Source: an uncultured Desulfosarcina sp.
GTDB lineage: Bacteria > Desulfobacterota > Desulfobacteria > Desulfobacterales > Desulfosarcinaceae
Reading direction: 5' to 3'
Length of the DNA: 64,000 nucleotides
Assembly: GCA_963674945.2 (NCBI GenBank)
Contig: CAXXWQ010000004.1
Coordinates: forward strand, 544,001-608,000
Made by a program: the position numbers and the translations under genes. The number at the start of each line of letters is the position of its first letter. The first letter of the stretch is position 1. Under the pieces are notes generated by a model, which saw only the letters and a program-made list of their open reading frames with translations, had not been told where the DNA came from and made no database searches. This document shows positions 20,971-30,743 of the stretch, in pieces.

Positions 20971-20989
20971 CATAAATGGCTCGACCTCC

Positions 20990-21649
20990 TTACCATATTG
21001 CGGGAAACAGCCGCATCCGGTTCCTGGCAAATTCAGTGTATCCTTCGATTTTGAAAAGCATTTTTTCTTCAATTCTGATCCTCAGAATGATTGCCGGTGC
21101 CAAAATCAATAGAAACGCGCATAGAGTCACCCAATTAAGAAAATAGATGCAGATCCCGGCATTAGCGATGATCATGCCTGCATAGGCAGGATGCCTTACG
21201 AATCTATACGGGCCTGAAGCCACGATTTGATGTTGAGAAACAGTACGAACTCTATGCGAATAAAACTGCCCCAATGTACGGATCGCCCATAGTCGATAGC
21301 AGACACCAATGAGGAAGATACTAACGCCAATATAGAGAGCAGCATTCTTTTCTTGCCATGCTGATGGAAACCAAAGGGCTGTAAAAATCGTCAGCGCCTG
21401 TCCAATCCCATATAATTGGCAGGTCATAAAATCATAGGTTTTTTTACCCTCGGTTATCACATCCTTTTTGGTAACTCGTAGTTCGATTATCATCCAAAGC
21501 AGATAAAAACTTGCGAACATGACATCCAAATAAGCTGGGTATTCATTTAGCACAATGAAGAGACGACTGAGTCTGATCAAGGCAAATATTATTATCCCTG
21601 AGAACAAAATGAACCACATTATCAGTGGCGTAATGTCTCTTTTTTTCAC
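20990..21649 (-). CDS. Isoprenylcysteine carboxyl methyltransferase (ICMT/Ste14) family protein
   Basis: TLGQFYS, GPYRFVRHPAYAG, RIRIEEKML. Confidence 0.88.
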   Translation of the reverse strand: MKKRDITPLIMWFILFSGIIIFALIRLSRLFIVLNEYPAYLDVMFASFYLLWMIIELRVTKKDVITEGKKTYDFMTCQLYGIGQALTIFTALWFPSAWQEKNAALYIGVSIFLIGVCYRLWAIRTLGQFYSHRVRTVSQHQIVASGPYRFVRHPAYAGMIIANAGICIYFLNWVTLCAFLLILAPAIILRIRIEEKMLFKIEGYTEFARNRMRLFPAIW

Positions 21650-21832
21650 TTAGATCAAATTCCTTGTTCCTTAAAATAACTTTCGAGTTTACAACAGGCT
21701 ATCATTGAAATTCTATAGACGTCTATTTTGTGTCCCACCTGGGGATGATATGTAGACGTCTTGATTACATCCCAAATGGGGATAAAAAAGACGATTTCAG
21801 CTTGCACTGTTTAAAGACTATTGAGAGCAAAT

Positions 21833-21878
21833 TCAATCCACAATCTCTATATGAGCCAAGAGCAGACTTGACCCCTTT
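21833..21878 (+). repeat. 46-bp direct repeat, copy 1
   Basis: 45/46 identical to 23248-23293. Confidence 0.9.
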
Positions 21879-22158
21879 TCTTCCATGAAGACGCATGGGT
21901 GCCATTAAGAATCGGTCGAGGAGTTTCGGAAGTACATGTATGTTGGCCCGGGCCAGTTCATTTTTGGCAGAGAACCGCCATGGCCACGCTCTCGAATTTA
22001 GCCACCCGTTCTGAGTTATCTTTAGCCAACTGCTCTAATTCTTCTTTAGCGAAGGGAATACTCATACCATATCCTGTAATGGTTCCTGGAATTAATCCGG
22101 GGAAACCGGCCCAGGAAAGCCGGCATTTGAGCCGTCGCTCTATCCCCGAAAATTGATC

Positions 22159-22515
22159 TTACAAGAAAATCCGATGATCAGGTATATTCAGCGCCGCCGC
22201 CAGTTTCTGGGCTCGGTTTTTTCCAATAGACCGTTTTCCGTTCTCCATTTCGCTGATATGGCGCTGAGGGATTCCGGTTTTCTCCGAAAGTTTCTTTTGA
22301 GTCATCTCCTCTTTCTGCCTGGCGCCACGGAGCACAGTCCCGCTCTCGTTGCCTTCGAACTCGGAAAAAGCCTTTCTCCATGGGATCGAATCGGAAGTGT
22401 CCACGAATCCAAGGCGGGAAAGAGAGTCCACTGCCGCCTTTCTCTTTGATGCCGGCCCCTGGAAGGTCAGCACAATGATTTTATCAGTATGGCGCTTTTT
22501 CGTGCGTCCCAGCAT
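22159..22515 (-). CDS. XRE-family HTH antitoxin (HigA-like)
   Basis: LRGARQKEEMTQKKLSEKTGIPQRHISEMENGKRSIG; overlaps upstream toxin. Confidence 0.85.
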   Translation of the reverse strand: MLGRTKKRHTDKIIVLTFQGPASKRKAAVDSLSRLGFVDTSDSIPWRKAFSEFEGNESGTVLRGARQKEEMTQKKLSEKTGIPQRHISEMENGKRSIGKNRAQKLAAALNIPDHRIFL

Positions 22516-22765
22516 ATGTCACCTCGACAAGTCTTATGGTTCGGTCGCGCACTTCCCAAACCGCCACATAACAGGGGTTCCCCTTCTTGATATGGCAATG
22601 GTGCACGTCCTTTTCGAGTTTGCCGTAATTCGGCCAGTTACCCCGGATCGGGCCGCTTTGTTCGATCTCCGCCAACAGGTAGTAAAGCCTTTGCCGAACA
22701 TTTAACGGAAGCCGGGGAATCTGTTTTTCCGCCTTATGGTTTAACGTCACCGTCCACGGTATCAT
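22484..22765 (-). CDS. RelE/HigB-like toxin
   Basis: 93 aa, WTV..KAEKQ..LP, NWPNYGKL, HCHIKKG, EVTYAGTHEKAPY; toxin-first order. Confidence 0.75.
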   Translation of the reverse strand: MIPWTVTLNHKAEKQIPRLPLNVRQRLYYLLAEIEQSGPIRGNWPNYGKLEKDVHHCHIKKGNPCYVAVWEVRDRTIRLVEVTYAGTHEKAPY

Positions 22766-22815
22766 ATATACCTTTTTTGGGTATTGTCAATATTTGATCG
22801 ATAACCGACAATCGA

Positions 22816-23090
22816 TCAGTTTTTCTCGGCCAAATTGACGACTTTTTCATCATCGCTTGCCGGGCCCAATGTCACCACCAGCTTATTGACCGCATTTCGC
22901 TTGATGTCTGGCGCCAGGTGGCTGTATCGCATAGTTGTTTGTATGTCTGCGTGACCCATAAGCTCTTGAACCGTCTGCAGACTCTCTCCACCCATGACAA
23001 GCCAACTTGCAAACGTGTGGCGCAGGGTATGGAACCGTGGATGATTTGAAACTGAATGATGGCATCACCGATCATCGCCAGAAAGTTATC
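22816..23090 (-). pseudogene. Tyrosine recombinase/integrase C-terminal remnant
   Basis: Frame absent from ORF track: FHTLRHTFASWLVMGGESLQTVQELMGHADIQTTMRYSHL; N-terminal part missing. Confidence 0.9.
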
Positions 23091-23247
23091 TTAACATTTC
23101 TCGCTGCAACATTGCCAACATTAGCTACCATTATCCTTCCAATTGATACTTCGTTATTTTTGCCTTGGAATGAAACTTGATCGTCAAGTGCGTAATGCAG
23201 AATCTCTTTTTTATCAACTTTGGGTTCTTGTGTGAAATAGAAGACAA

Positions 23248-23293
23248 TCAATCCACAATCTCTATATGAGCCAAGAGCAGACTTGGCCCCTTT
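23248..23293 (+). repeat. 46-bp direct repeat, copy 2
   Basis: 45/46 identical to 21833-21878. Confidence 0.9.
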
Positions 23294-23334
23294 CATTGCG
23301 TCTCCTCAACTGCTGGGTTAGCGTATAATCAATT

Positions 23335-23658
23335 CTATTTGATATCTACCTTTTTAATTTCAACTAATTCATTCCCTTCGAACACCAAACTATAAAAACT
23401 TTTTTCCCCATAAAATGATGATGAATAGATCCATTCTTCGACTTTCATTACCCTAATCCGTTCATTATCCTGAACCTTGTCTATATAGCCTAAAATTTCT
23501 GATCTTTCAGGTTCACCACATGACAAACGAACTTGATGCTTTAAATCGCCCAATGATGCAGAGCCCTTACTACCACAATTAAAAATAGATTCGGCATGAA
23601 GTGAGGTAGAAGTCAAAGCTAATAAGGCAAATATGAAAAACTTTATCGAACGTGTCAT
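23335..23658 (-). CDS. DUF2845-like secreted protein
   Basis: AAGGAG RBS, signal peptide, CG...GD....V...CGEP, VEEWIY, FEGNELVEI. Confidence 0.7.
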   Translation of the reverse strand: MTRSIKFFIFALLALTSTSLHAESIFNCGSKGSASLGDLKHQVRLSCGEPERSEILGYIDKVQDNERIRVMKVEEWIYSSSFYGEKSFYSLVFEGNELVEIKKVDIK

Positions 23659-24518
23659 CCGATTCTCCTTTCTTACCGATAATTTATAGATTATATAGAC
23701 GTCTTTTTCTCTGTCCAATGCGGCAATGTTATGATACATAGACGTTTTGATAACATCCCAAATAGGAGCAAAAAATAGACGGTTTCAGTCTATGATTGTT
23801 TTGGAGCTAATTCTTTATTTTGAAATGTGGGATTAAAGGTGCGTTGGAGATATCCCAGGGAAATACGGTGGTTAAGTGCTAAAAACATACATGGCGCTAC
23901 CCTCCTGCTTATCAAATTCCGAAGTTCGCATTTTCCAGCTTTTCACGTGGAGCGTATAACCGCAGGACAACGAATCTGTCATTTATCGTCGAGACAAGGC
24001 CGACTCGTGTAACCCCTCTCCACTCGAAAAAAAACCGAGTTTCGAGCAATTCATTTGCGGCTTTTTGGATCGTGGTGATGATTAGATCTATTTTATCGAT
24101 GTGGTACTTAAAGTCCTGGAGATAACGACCCCTTGCGTACTGAATTTCATGGCTCGCCGCACTCTCGATGGTACCGTAGGCCCTGACGACAAATATATAG
24201 AATAGCTGAAGGTACCAAAGCTGTCAATTATCGTCTAATCACGTTTCGGATATCCCAGGATCACGCAACCTTTTTTAATACCCGTTACCCATCAAAATCT
24301 TTTTTCGGTTCCCCAAAACAAGGCCGGACCATCAATGGATGATCCGGCCTGGAACAGCATGCAGCACGGGAAGCGTGTGAAATAGTCTATGGCGGGTTTG
24401 TTATAGTATGATTAGAGTCATAGAAACGACCCTCGCCCCTATATAGCAGGATCGTCCGTGGCATTCGGGCGGTCGTTTACGAAATCGGTTTGCCACGCCT
24501 CAGGAATCATGGATTTGC

Positions 24519-24920
24519 TTAGATTGGGGCAATAATCCCCCGAACCTCATTTACTTCAAACGTAATGGCTGCGCGGATCCTCTGGGCGGAGGCTTCACCG
24601 GCGGCTTCCGCGATTTTTCCTTTGATTTGATCGCACAGTGGGCCCTCGGTTTCGACGACCTTGGCTGTCATATACACCCGGCAGCCTTTCCAGTCCATTG
24701 CGGTTTCGCCGGGTTCCATGACAATAAATACGGCTTTGGGATTCTCTTGCAGGTATTGAAGGGAACGGTTATTGCCGATTCCCATGACGACCGTGTTTTC
24801 ATCGATCATTTGAGGGGATCCGAAGATCGCTACGTTTACATCTCCGTTTTTATTGGACGTGCTGAGGGTGCCGATTCTGGGTCGTTTGTTGAACAGTTCC
24901 ATGACGTCTTTTCGGTCCAT
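24519..24920 (-). CDS. Pyridoxamine 5'-phosphate oxidase-like FMN-binding protein
   Basis: LSTSNKNGDVNVA, NRSLQYLQENPKAVF; AAGGAG RBS. Confidence 0.85.
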   Translation of the reverse strand: MDRKDVMELFNKRPRIGTLSTSNKNGDVNVAIFGSPQMIDENTVVMGIGNNRSLQYLQENPKAVFIVMEPGETAMDWKGCRVYMTAKVVETEGPLCDQIKGKIAEAAGEASAQRIRAAITFEVNEVRGIIAPI

Positions 24921-25553
24921 CTCTTTCTCCTTTTGCCGTAATCACTCGTTTGTTATATGAAAAAGTAAAAAATGTGTGAAGAGTTAATGGTAAACTTAAT
25001 AGATGGAGGCGGCCGTGTCAACCATGGCGTCTATGTTTGATAACCAAATAGCCTTCTATTATTTACAAATAGGAGATTTAATCATCAATTAGGACATTTA
25101 TTGACAAACTTTATTGGGAAACCCCTTTCTTTTTCATCCGTTCCCCTATCTTTCCTGGGCAAGGTCCTTGGTTGGGCCTTGCCCATTTTTTTCCCGAAAT
25201 AGCCTCACCATTGGCCACCGTAGGTTTTCCCAATCCAGCCGACAACTTTATTCGCTGCAACCCATGCTTGCCGTACTTCGGACAAGGCCCTCAAGGGTAG
25301 GGACGCATTGGCACCAAAGACCGGCTACCATCGTATCGATTGTATCCCGAAGATGCCACAATCCTGACGGGAAAATCATTCTTAGGAGACGCCGTATGTC
25401 CGATTTTGGCGTAACGAGGACTTCTTTTTCCAATTTCACTGTTCATGGTTCAGGTCCTCCGTATTCGGATTTCCGTTGAAACATGCATTACTTCCATTCT
25501 TCTAAAGAGTAAATCGTTCCCAACAGCCTTATGCGAATTCGATGGCCCACATT

Positions 25554-28009
25554 CAGAACACTGCATCTCCGGGAAAACTATGTGACACCTCCGGCATGAT
25601 TTGAGGTGCTGCAGCCATTTAGTTCGAATATCATTTGCAGCTCGGTACCGGGGTATTTTACCTGCGCACTGTTCAGATGCGCAAACAGTTGGCAAAGAGC
25701 CCGATTGGCCGCTGGGAACGAAGCGCCGTGCAATCGTATATTCAATTGCTGATTTTCAATATCGGGCAGTACATCGCCTTCGGTCTGGAACAGTGTCTGG
25801 AGAAGACTCCGTGCATCCGACGAGTTTACCGTCGGACCCGTGAGCAACCCAACCATTGCCGTCTCTGCACGATATGCAATCATACGAACCGTGTCCATCA
25901 GGCGTTTTCTGCCCGGTTGTAAACGTAAAAATTTATCTTTTGCTTCAAGTTCTCCCCACGTGATGTGTTTACTTGTCTGTTTTCGTTTTTCTTTCAACTC
26001 GCTGAGTTGATACTCCATCTTTTCGATTTCTTCTAACAGCTCGGCCTTTTTCTCTATCCACTTCTTAAACTTTACCGGTTTGTCTTCATTTTCAGGGTGA
26101 ATGGTCATCTCGGCAAAACAGGCACGACGATATCGTAGCTTGTTCTGCAACGAATTACGGGATTGATTCAATTGCCGCCAAACGGGGTTGATTACCCGTT
26201 CGGTATCAGGAAATTCAACGACACCATAATCTAAAAGCACATCGATATCAAAATGTTGCATCATATAGTTGAAAAAGTTTTCCTGACACCACCGGCTGAA
26301 CATGCGTGCTGCCAATTGAGTATGCGGCAAATCGAAAGCGGTGCTGATTACGCTGGTCTGGTGTCCGGAATCGGTCAGTTTTCGCACTTGTCGCATCCAT
26401 GTTGCACCCTTACCAGATCCCACCAAACTACCCATTTCGCAAAGCCGCATCTTCACCACCTCTTTGTTTGGCATCGCAACTTCATGCTCGGTGAACCAAT
26501 GCTCCGGCCATGATTCACCAGGATGCTTATGATACGTCATGCAGCCGATTCGATGGCGATCCCACATTTCCTTGAAGAATGCGGGACTATATCCTTCCCT
26601 GTCGAAAACAAGAACGAACCGGCATAAACATGGGTTCTCTTGTAGTTGCTGCAAACCGGGTTGATTCGGAACGTCTTGCAACAACCGGGGAACGATATCG
26701 TCTCTTAAAACCGCCAATAATCCAGGATCGATCTGCTTTTCGACGACAAAAAAAGGTCGGCCAATCGCATCGTTAACCCAATAGTCGGTAATGCCCCTCA
26801 TGCACAATCGTTCCCGGGACACGTAGCGGCGCGGTAGTCGGGTCAATTTTCCATGATAAACACGTACATGCCCGTCAACATAAAGCGCGCCAACCGATTC
26901 GGGCGCCTGTTCCATCCAGTATTTACCGAGGTATGCGGCCCACTTTTCCGCGCCGTGGTCTGCGCTCAACGCATCCATCTTGTAACGCAAACAGCGAACC
27001 TCCGGTGCACGATCCAAGCCCAATAACTTACCAAATTCTCCCGGAGCATGGCCTCGTATTTTTTCTGTCGTCTTGATCCTGCATAAGGCCATAAACGAAA
27101 GCAGCAACAAGACATGAAAGATCGTGTAATAGCCTTTGACTTGGCCGAGGAACTGTTTTGCGCCGGTAAACAACCCGTTTGCCACCAATGACGGTATCGC
27201 ACAAAGAACGCCTGCTTTGGGAACGTCCAGGCATCTGTCAAAACGAACCGGCGCACCAACCATTTTGCCCAATGATGCCAATATGCGTTCCCCGACTCGG
27301 TTGCAAGCCGTCCCCATACCATCGGCAGCAGCCATGTCGACCATGTCCCGATCTGATTTGGTTAGACACGGTTCACCAATCCTTGATTCGATTAACCGAC
27401 CATCATCTATAGCTTTGCGAAACGTATCGTATTTAATGCCAAGTTCCAGGGCGGCATCTTTTTTCGAGCACCCTTGATCCAGTAAACGTTGGGCTTGTTC
27501 AAGCACCTCAGGTTTGAAAACCTTGCCGCCGCGTCGTCCCCGCCGCTGAACGAAAAATGCCTCGGCGCCGCCGGACCTGAGTTTGTTCACGGATCGGATG
27601 ACATTGCTCTTGGATACGCCGAATGTGTTTTGGATATCGATCTGGCGGCAAGCTCCGGATTCAACCAGTTGGGCTGTTATCATCCGAAACATTCGTTGAT
27701 CGCCTTGTCTGTGAGAATAAATCGGAACGGTCGATAGAAAATAGGTCCAGGTCGTATCGTCACGAAATACACTGACAAGCCCGTTGATTTGTCTTGCACC
27801 GCGAGGAATAAGTGGTAGTATCTGTTGAGGCATGGCATCCTTTTCCTTTCATTTATCCGCCAAGATAATAAGGTTAAAGGTGCCATGTTCATTTTCCGGT
27901 TGCAATACCTTACCGGCCTGCTGGATTCAGACTCCTATCTTTCTGTTTTTCAACCACTTACATTATGTTTTGCTTGCCATATGCAACAATTAGGAAATCA
28001 AGTTTCCTG
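25554..28009 (-). mobile_element. Insertion sequence, 2456 bp, copy 1
   Basis: Near-identical to 55374-57829; CAG...CTG ends with imperfect TIR; 5-bp duplication ACATT at 25549-25553 and 28010-28014. Confidence 0.92.
25578..27833 (-). CDS. Large DDE-type transposase (751 aa, N-terminal HTHs, coiled coil)
   Basis: LYVDGH, VFDREGYS, RWCQENFF; sole long ORF of a duplicated element. Confidence 0.88.
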   Translation of the reverse strand: MPQQILPLIPRGARQINGLVSVFRDDTTWTYFLSTVPIYSHRQGDQRMFRMITAQLVESGACRQIDIQNTFGVSKSNVIRSVNKLRSGGAEAFFVQRRGRRGGKVFKPEVLEQAQRLLDQGCSKKDAALELGIKYDTFRKAIDDGRLIESRIGEPCLTKSDRDMVDMAAADGMGTACNRVGERILASLGKMVGAPVRFDRCLDVPKAGVLCAIPSLVANGLFTGAKQFLGQVKGYYTIFHVLLLLSFMALCRIKTTEKIRGHAPGEFGKLLGLDRAPEVRCLRYKMDALSADHGAEKWAAYLGKYWMEQAPESVGALYVDGHVRVYHGKLTRLPRRYVSRERLCMRGITDYWVNDAIGRPFFVVEKQIDPGLLAVLRDDIVPRLLQDVPNQPGLQQLQENPCLCRFVLVFDREGYSPAFFKEMWDRHRIGCMTYHKHPGESWPEHWFTEHEVAMPNKEVVKMRLCEMGSLVGSGKGATWMRQVRKLTDSGHQTSVISTAFDLPHTQLAARMFSRWCQENFFNYMMQHFDIDVLLDYGVVEFPDTERVINPVWRQLNQSRNSLQNKLRYRRACFAEMTIHPENEDKPVKFKKWIEKKAELLEEIEKMEYQLSELKEKRKQTSKHITWGELEAKDKFLRLQPGRKRLMDTVRMIAYRAETAMVGLLTGPTVNSSDARSLLQTLFQTEGDVLPDIENQQLNIRLHGASFPAANRALCQLFAHLNSAQVKYPGTELQMIFELNGCSTSNHAGGVT

Positions 28010-28152
28010 ACATTATGCATGGCTTCATTTTATCGACAGATCGTCGTTTCGTCGGTGTTGTCATTGGCACTGGCAGAAGGCCCCACGCCCGGGACCCACC
28101 AATAAAAGAAAAAATATTTGCTGTTGGCGAAAAGAAGAAAGGACAAATTTTC

Positions 28153-28503
28153 ATGTTACACCGCAAGCCACATATTGAGAACCACCTCCAGTCAGCCGAA
28201 AAGCGGCTCGCCGCCCGCGTTGCATCTCTGACCATAAACGGTTCAGATGCCAAAAGAATCGAAAAAGACTGTCAAGTCAAACAGTTCAAAGCCCAGATAC
28301 GGAAGGCCAAAAGACAATTGGCCGCCATCACGGCATCGGAAACCCTGACGGCCGAGAAAGCCGAAGCCCTCATCCGCAAGGAAGCCGCCGCCAAGTCGGC
28401 GCCAATAGAAAAAAAATCGAAAAAAAGAGATCCGAACACCCCACCTGCAAAGAAAAAAAAGAAGAGACAGGTGGAATCGGATGAAGATAAACAGGCAGCA
28501 TAA
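28153..28503 (+). CDS. Hypothetical basic coiled-coil protein
   Basis: Lys/Ala-rich ORF, GAAAGGA RBS before MLHRKP. Confidence 0.6.
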   Translation: MLHRKPHIENHLQSAEKRLAARVASLTINGSDAKRIEKDCQVKQFKAQIRKAKRQLAAITASETLTAEKAEALIRKEAAAKSAPIEKKSKKRDPNTPPAKKKKKRQVESDEDKQAA

Positions 28504-28605
28504 GCAGCGTCAGCGCCGGAACTGGTCGGCGGTGACCATGTCTGGCTGAAACGTTGGAATTTAGGTCCGGCGCGGTTGAATTCAATATGAGGCCATGGCC
28601 TGACG

Positions 28606-29718
28606 TCAGGAAATACGTTGGCGGGCCGCGATCAGGTCACGGTATGCGGCAGGGTCGCGCATATAAAGGTCCAGGGCTCCGTGGAACCCCATTTCCCTGA
28701 CCAGCGCCATACCATCTCGCCGGTATTTGTACTGATGCAGGGCCGGTGTGAGTGACCTCGTCTCTTCAACGTCCATGGGGGGAAAGGCCATATGGTGTCG
28801 CGTGCAATAATCCCGGACCACCTGGGCTACCAGTCCGCCCACGATGGACTCTTCAACGGCAATCCATGTTTCCGCCATCTCCTGCGCTTCACTGACATTG
28901 CGTGGCGGGGTCGTACACAGGGCTTCGGCCAGTTGCTTATCCGTGGCCCTTCCCACGTAGTAGTGCAGGGTCTCTTCCACCGGTAAAGCCATCAGGGTAT
29001 AGAAATCGCTGCTGCTGTTTTGCCAGATGGTAAAGGGCCTGCGTTTCAACCGGACTTGATCGTGGGAGAGGAATTCAATTTCCAGATCCACGGCGCCCAG
29101 ATGATTGGAGAAGATGGCGCCCGACGCCCTGTACTTCACAGATCGTCCGGATTCTGCCGTGAACCTGCAAATGGCCTGGTAATCCTTTGCCAGGCGGTGA
29201 ACCAGAAAAGCGGACAGGCCGTCGTCAGCGAGCGGTGGATAGCTGCCGATAGGGCTGGTGATGGTGCTGTAAAAATTATCCGTCTGGATCATCCCGAAAA
29301 GAAAGGCAATAATGCTATGGCAATAGCGATGATAGGCCGCGCCGGGACCTTGGGGCCGCTGCGGCACGTACATCAGACGGACCTGTACTTCCTCCAACTT
29401 CAAGTGAACCTGTTTGTCGAATCCGATTTTTTTCTTTAAAAGAGCGTACAGATCGTTCTTCCGGCGCATTTGATGACGGATATGCCGCTTGACCTCCACA
29501 TCCGCGTCGGAAACGAAGTCCCTGAAAACCAGCAAAGGTCCATCCCGTTCGGCCATCTCCGGCATGAGCGAAACGGCTTTTAGGTCATCCCGGGAAACGG
29601 CGGCATTTCCCACAAGGGGTGACATCACCCGGCCGGCGGCGCCCATCAGGCCAAACGCCAGAAGCTGGCGCCGGGTCATGCACCGGTTTTTCGTTAATTC
29701 GCTCAAGCCTCGCATCAT
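28606..29718 (-). CDS. Hypothetical Tat-exported protein
   Basis: 370 aa; TRRQLL twin-arginine motif plus hydrophobic segment. Confidence 0.7.
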   Translation of the reverse strand: MMRGLSELTKNRCMTRRQLLAFGLMGAAGRVMSPLVGNAAVSRDDLKAVSLMPEMAERDGPLLVFRDFVSDADVEVKRHIRHQMRRKNDLYALLKKKIGFDKQVHLKLEEVQVRLMYVPQRPQGPGAAYHRYCHSIIAFLFGMIQTDNFYSTITSPIGSYPPLADDGLSAFLVHRLAKDYQAICRFTAESGRSVKYRASGAIFSNHLGAVDLEIEFLSHDQVRLKRRPFTIWQNSSSDFYTLMALPVEETLHYYVGRATDKQLAEALCTTPPRNVSEAQEMAETWIAVEESIVGGLVAQVVRDYCTRHHMAFPPMDVEETRSLTPALHQYKYRRDGMALVREMGFHGALDLYMRDPAAYRDLIAARQRIS

Positions 29719-30034
29719 GGTTTACGTTTCGGCAGGTGTCGCGAGATACTTGAGGCCAATACGGTTCTATCAATTGTGTACCATCCGTGGCATGAAAACC
29801 CATCATTGAAATTGCATGATGATCGGAAGAAGGCCCTGTTTCGTGTGTTTTCAGAAAATCCGGATCTGTGGTCCAGGATTTCTGTTTATGGCCGAGAGGA
29901 TTCAATCGGAAGCCTGAAAATAAAACGCCGGTGCGGTTTTTTGTGAAAGTGAACCACACCGGCGAATGGTGACGTGCAGATTTAAACCGCAAAAATTGAA
30001 TCGGCGCCAATGCGCCGGGTAACCAGGCGGGCGG

Positions 30035-30319
30035 TTATTCCTCGATTTCCTCCATTTCCATTACCGTGATGGTCTTGGCATCGCCTCCCTCTTCCAGGGT
30101 GCCGGTCACCTTGACGGCCTTACCGATCATTTCCGTCAGATCCCTGCCCTTGACCAGGTAATCTTCACCGTCATCGGCGGAGATGATGATCATATCGCTG
30201 TCGTTCACATCGACCATGCCGGTAATGGTTTTATTTTCCGCCGCGACTCCTGTGGTGAACAGGAATCCCAATACCAAAGTAAGAGCCATGATTGCACCAA
30301 TGATGGTTTTCGTCTTCAT
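30035..30319 (-). CDS. Small secreted acidic beta-rich protein
   Basis: GGAG RBS, signal peptide, ITGMV...DGEDYLV.G.....IGKAVKVTG. Confidence 0.75.
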   Translation of the reverse strand: MKTKTIIGAIMALTLVLGFLFTTGVAAENKTITGMVDVNDSDMIIISADDGEDYLVKGRDLTEMIGKAVKVTGTLEEGGDAKTITVMEMEEIEE

Positions 30320-30458
30320 CTTCTCCTCCATTTGTTGGTTTTTTGTTGGTTTTCTGAACATCAGCCGAGGATACGGCTGGTGGATAAGGCGATACCTGTA
30401 TTCATACCTGTGCACAGGACACTAACGAAGTACTTCATGTCATTGGTATACATCCGCA

Positions 30459-30473
30459 GCAATAAATGAGCCA
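30459..30473 (-). promoter_or_regulatory. sigma54 promoter
   Basis: TGGCTC-ATTTA-TTGC on minus strand upstream of 30319. Confidence 0.6.
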
Positions 30474-30743
30474 ATTTGATAACATACTTGAATCATATGA
30501 TAATCATTTTCCAAGGTGGTATAGCGACTTCTGCGCGGTTTGAAAGCGGACACATGATTTCCGATGATGCCCCCAAAGGTTTCGCGGCAGTCATAATCAA
30601 TGAGAAAATTCAATGCATCGCCCTGGTGCCCGGTCAGTACTGCGTTTCGATGAAAACGGATCCGCCTGTTTCAGAAAAACGATCGGCACGGGATTGTGAC
30701 GCGGTTGATGGCAAAAAAGCCCTCCCATCCGTCATGCCGGTGA

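Noticed and set aside
25150..25450. Possible TGA-readthrough or DUF523-like gene
   Set aside because: Motif similarity too weak and no convincing SECIS hairpin
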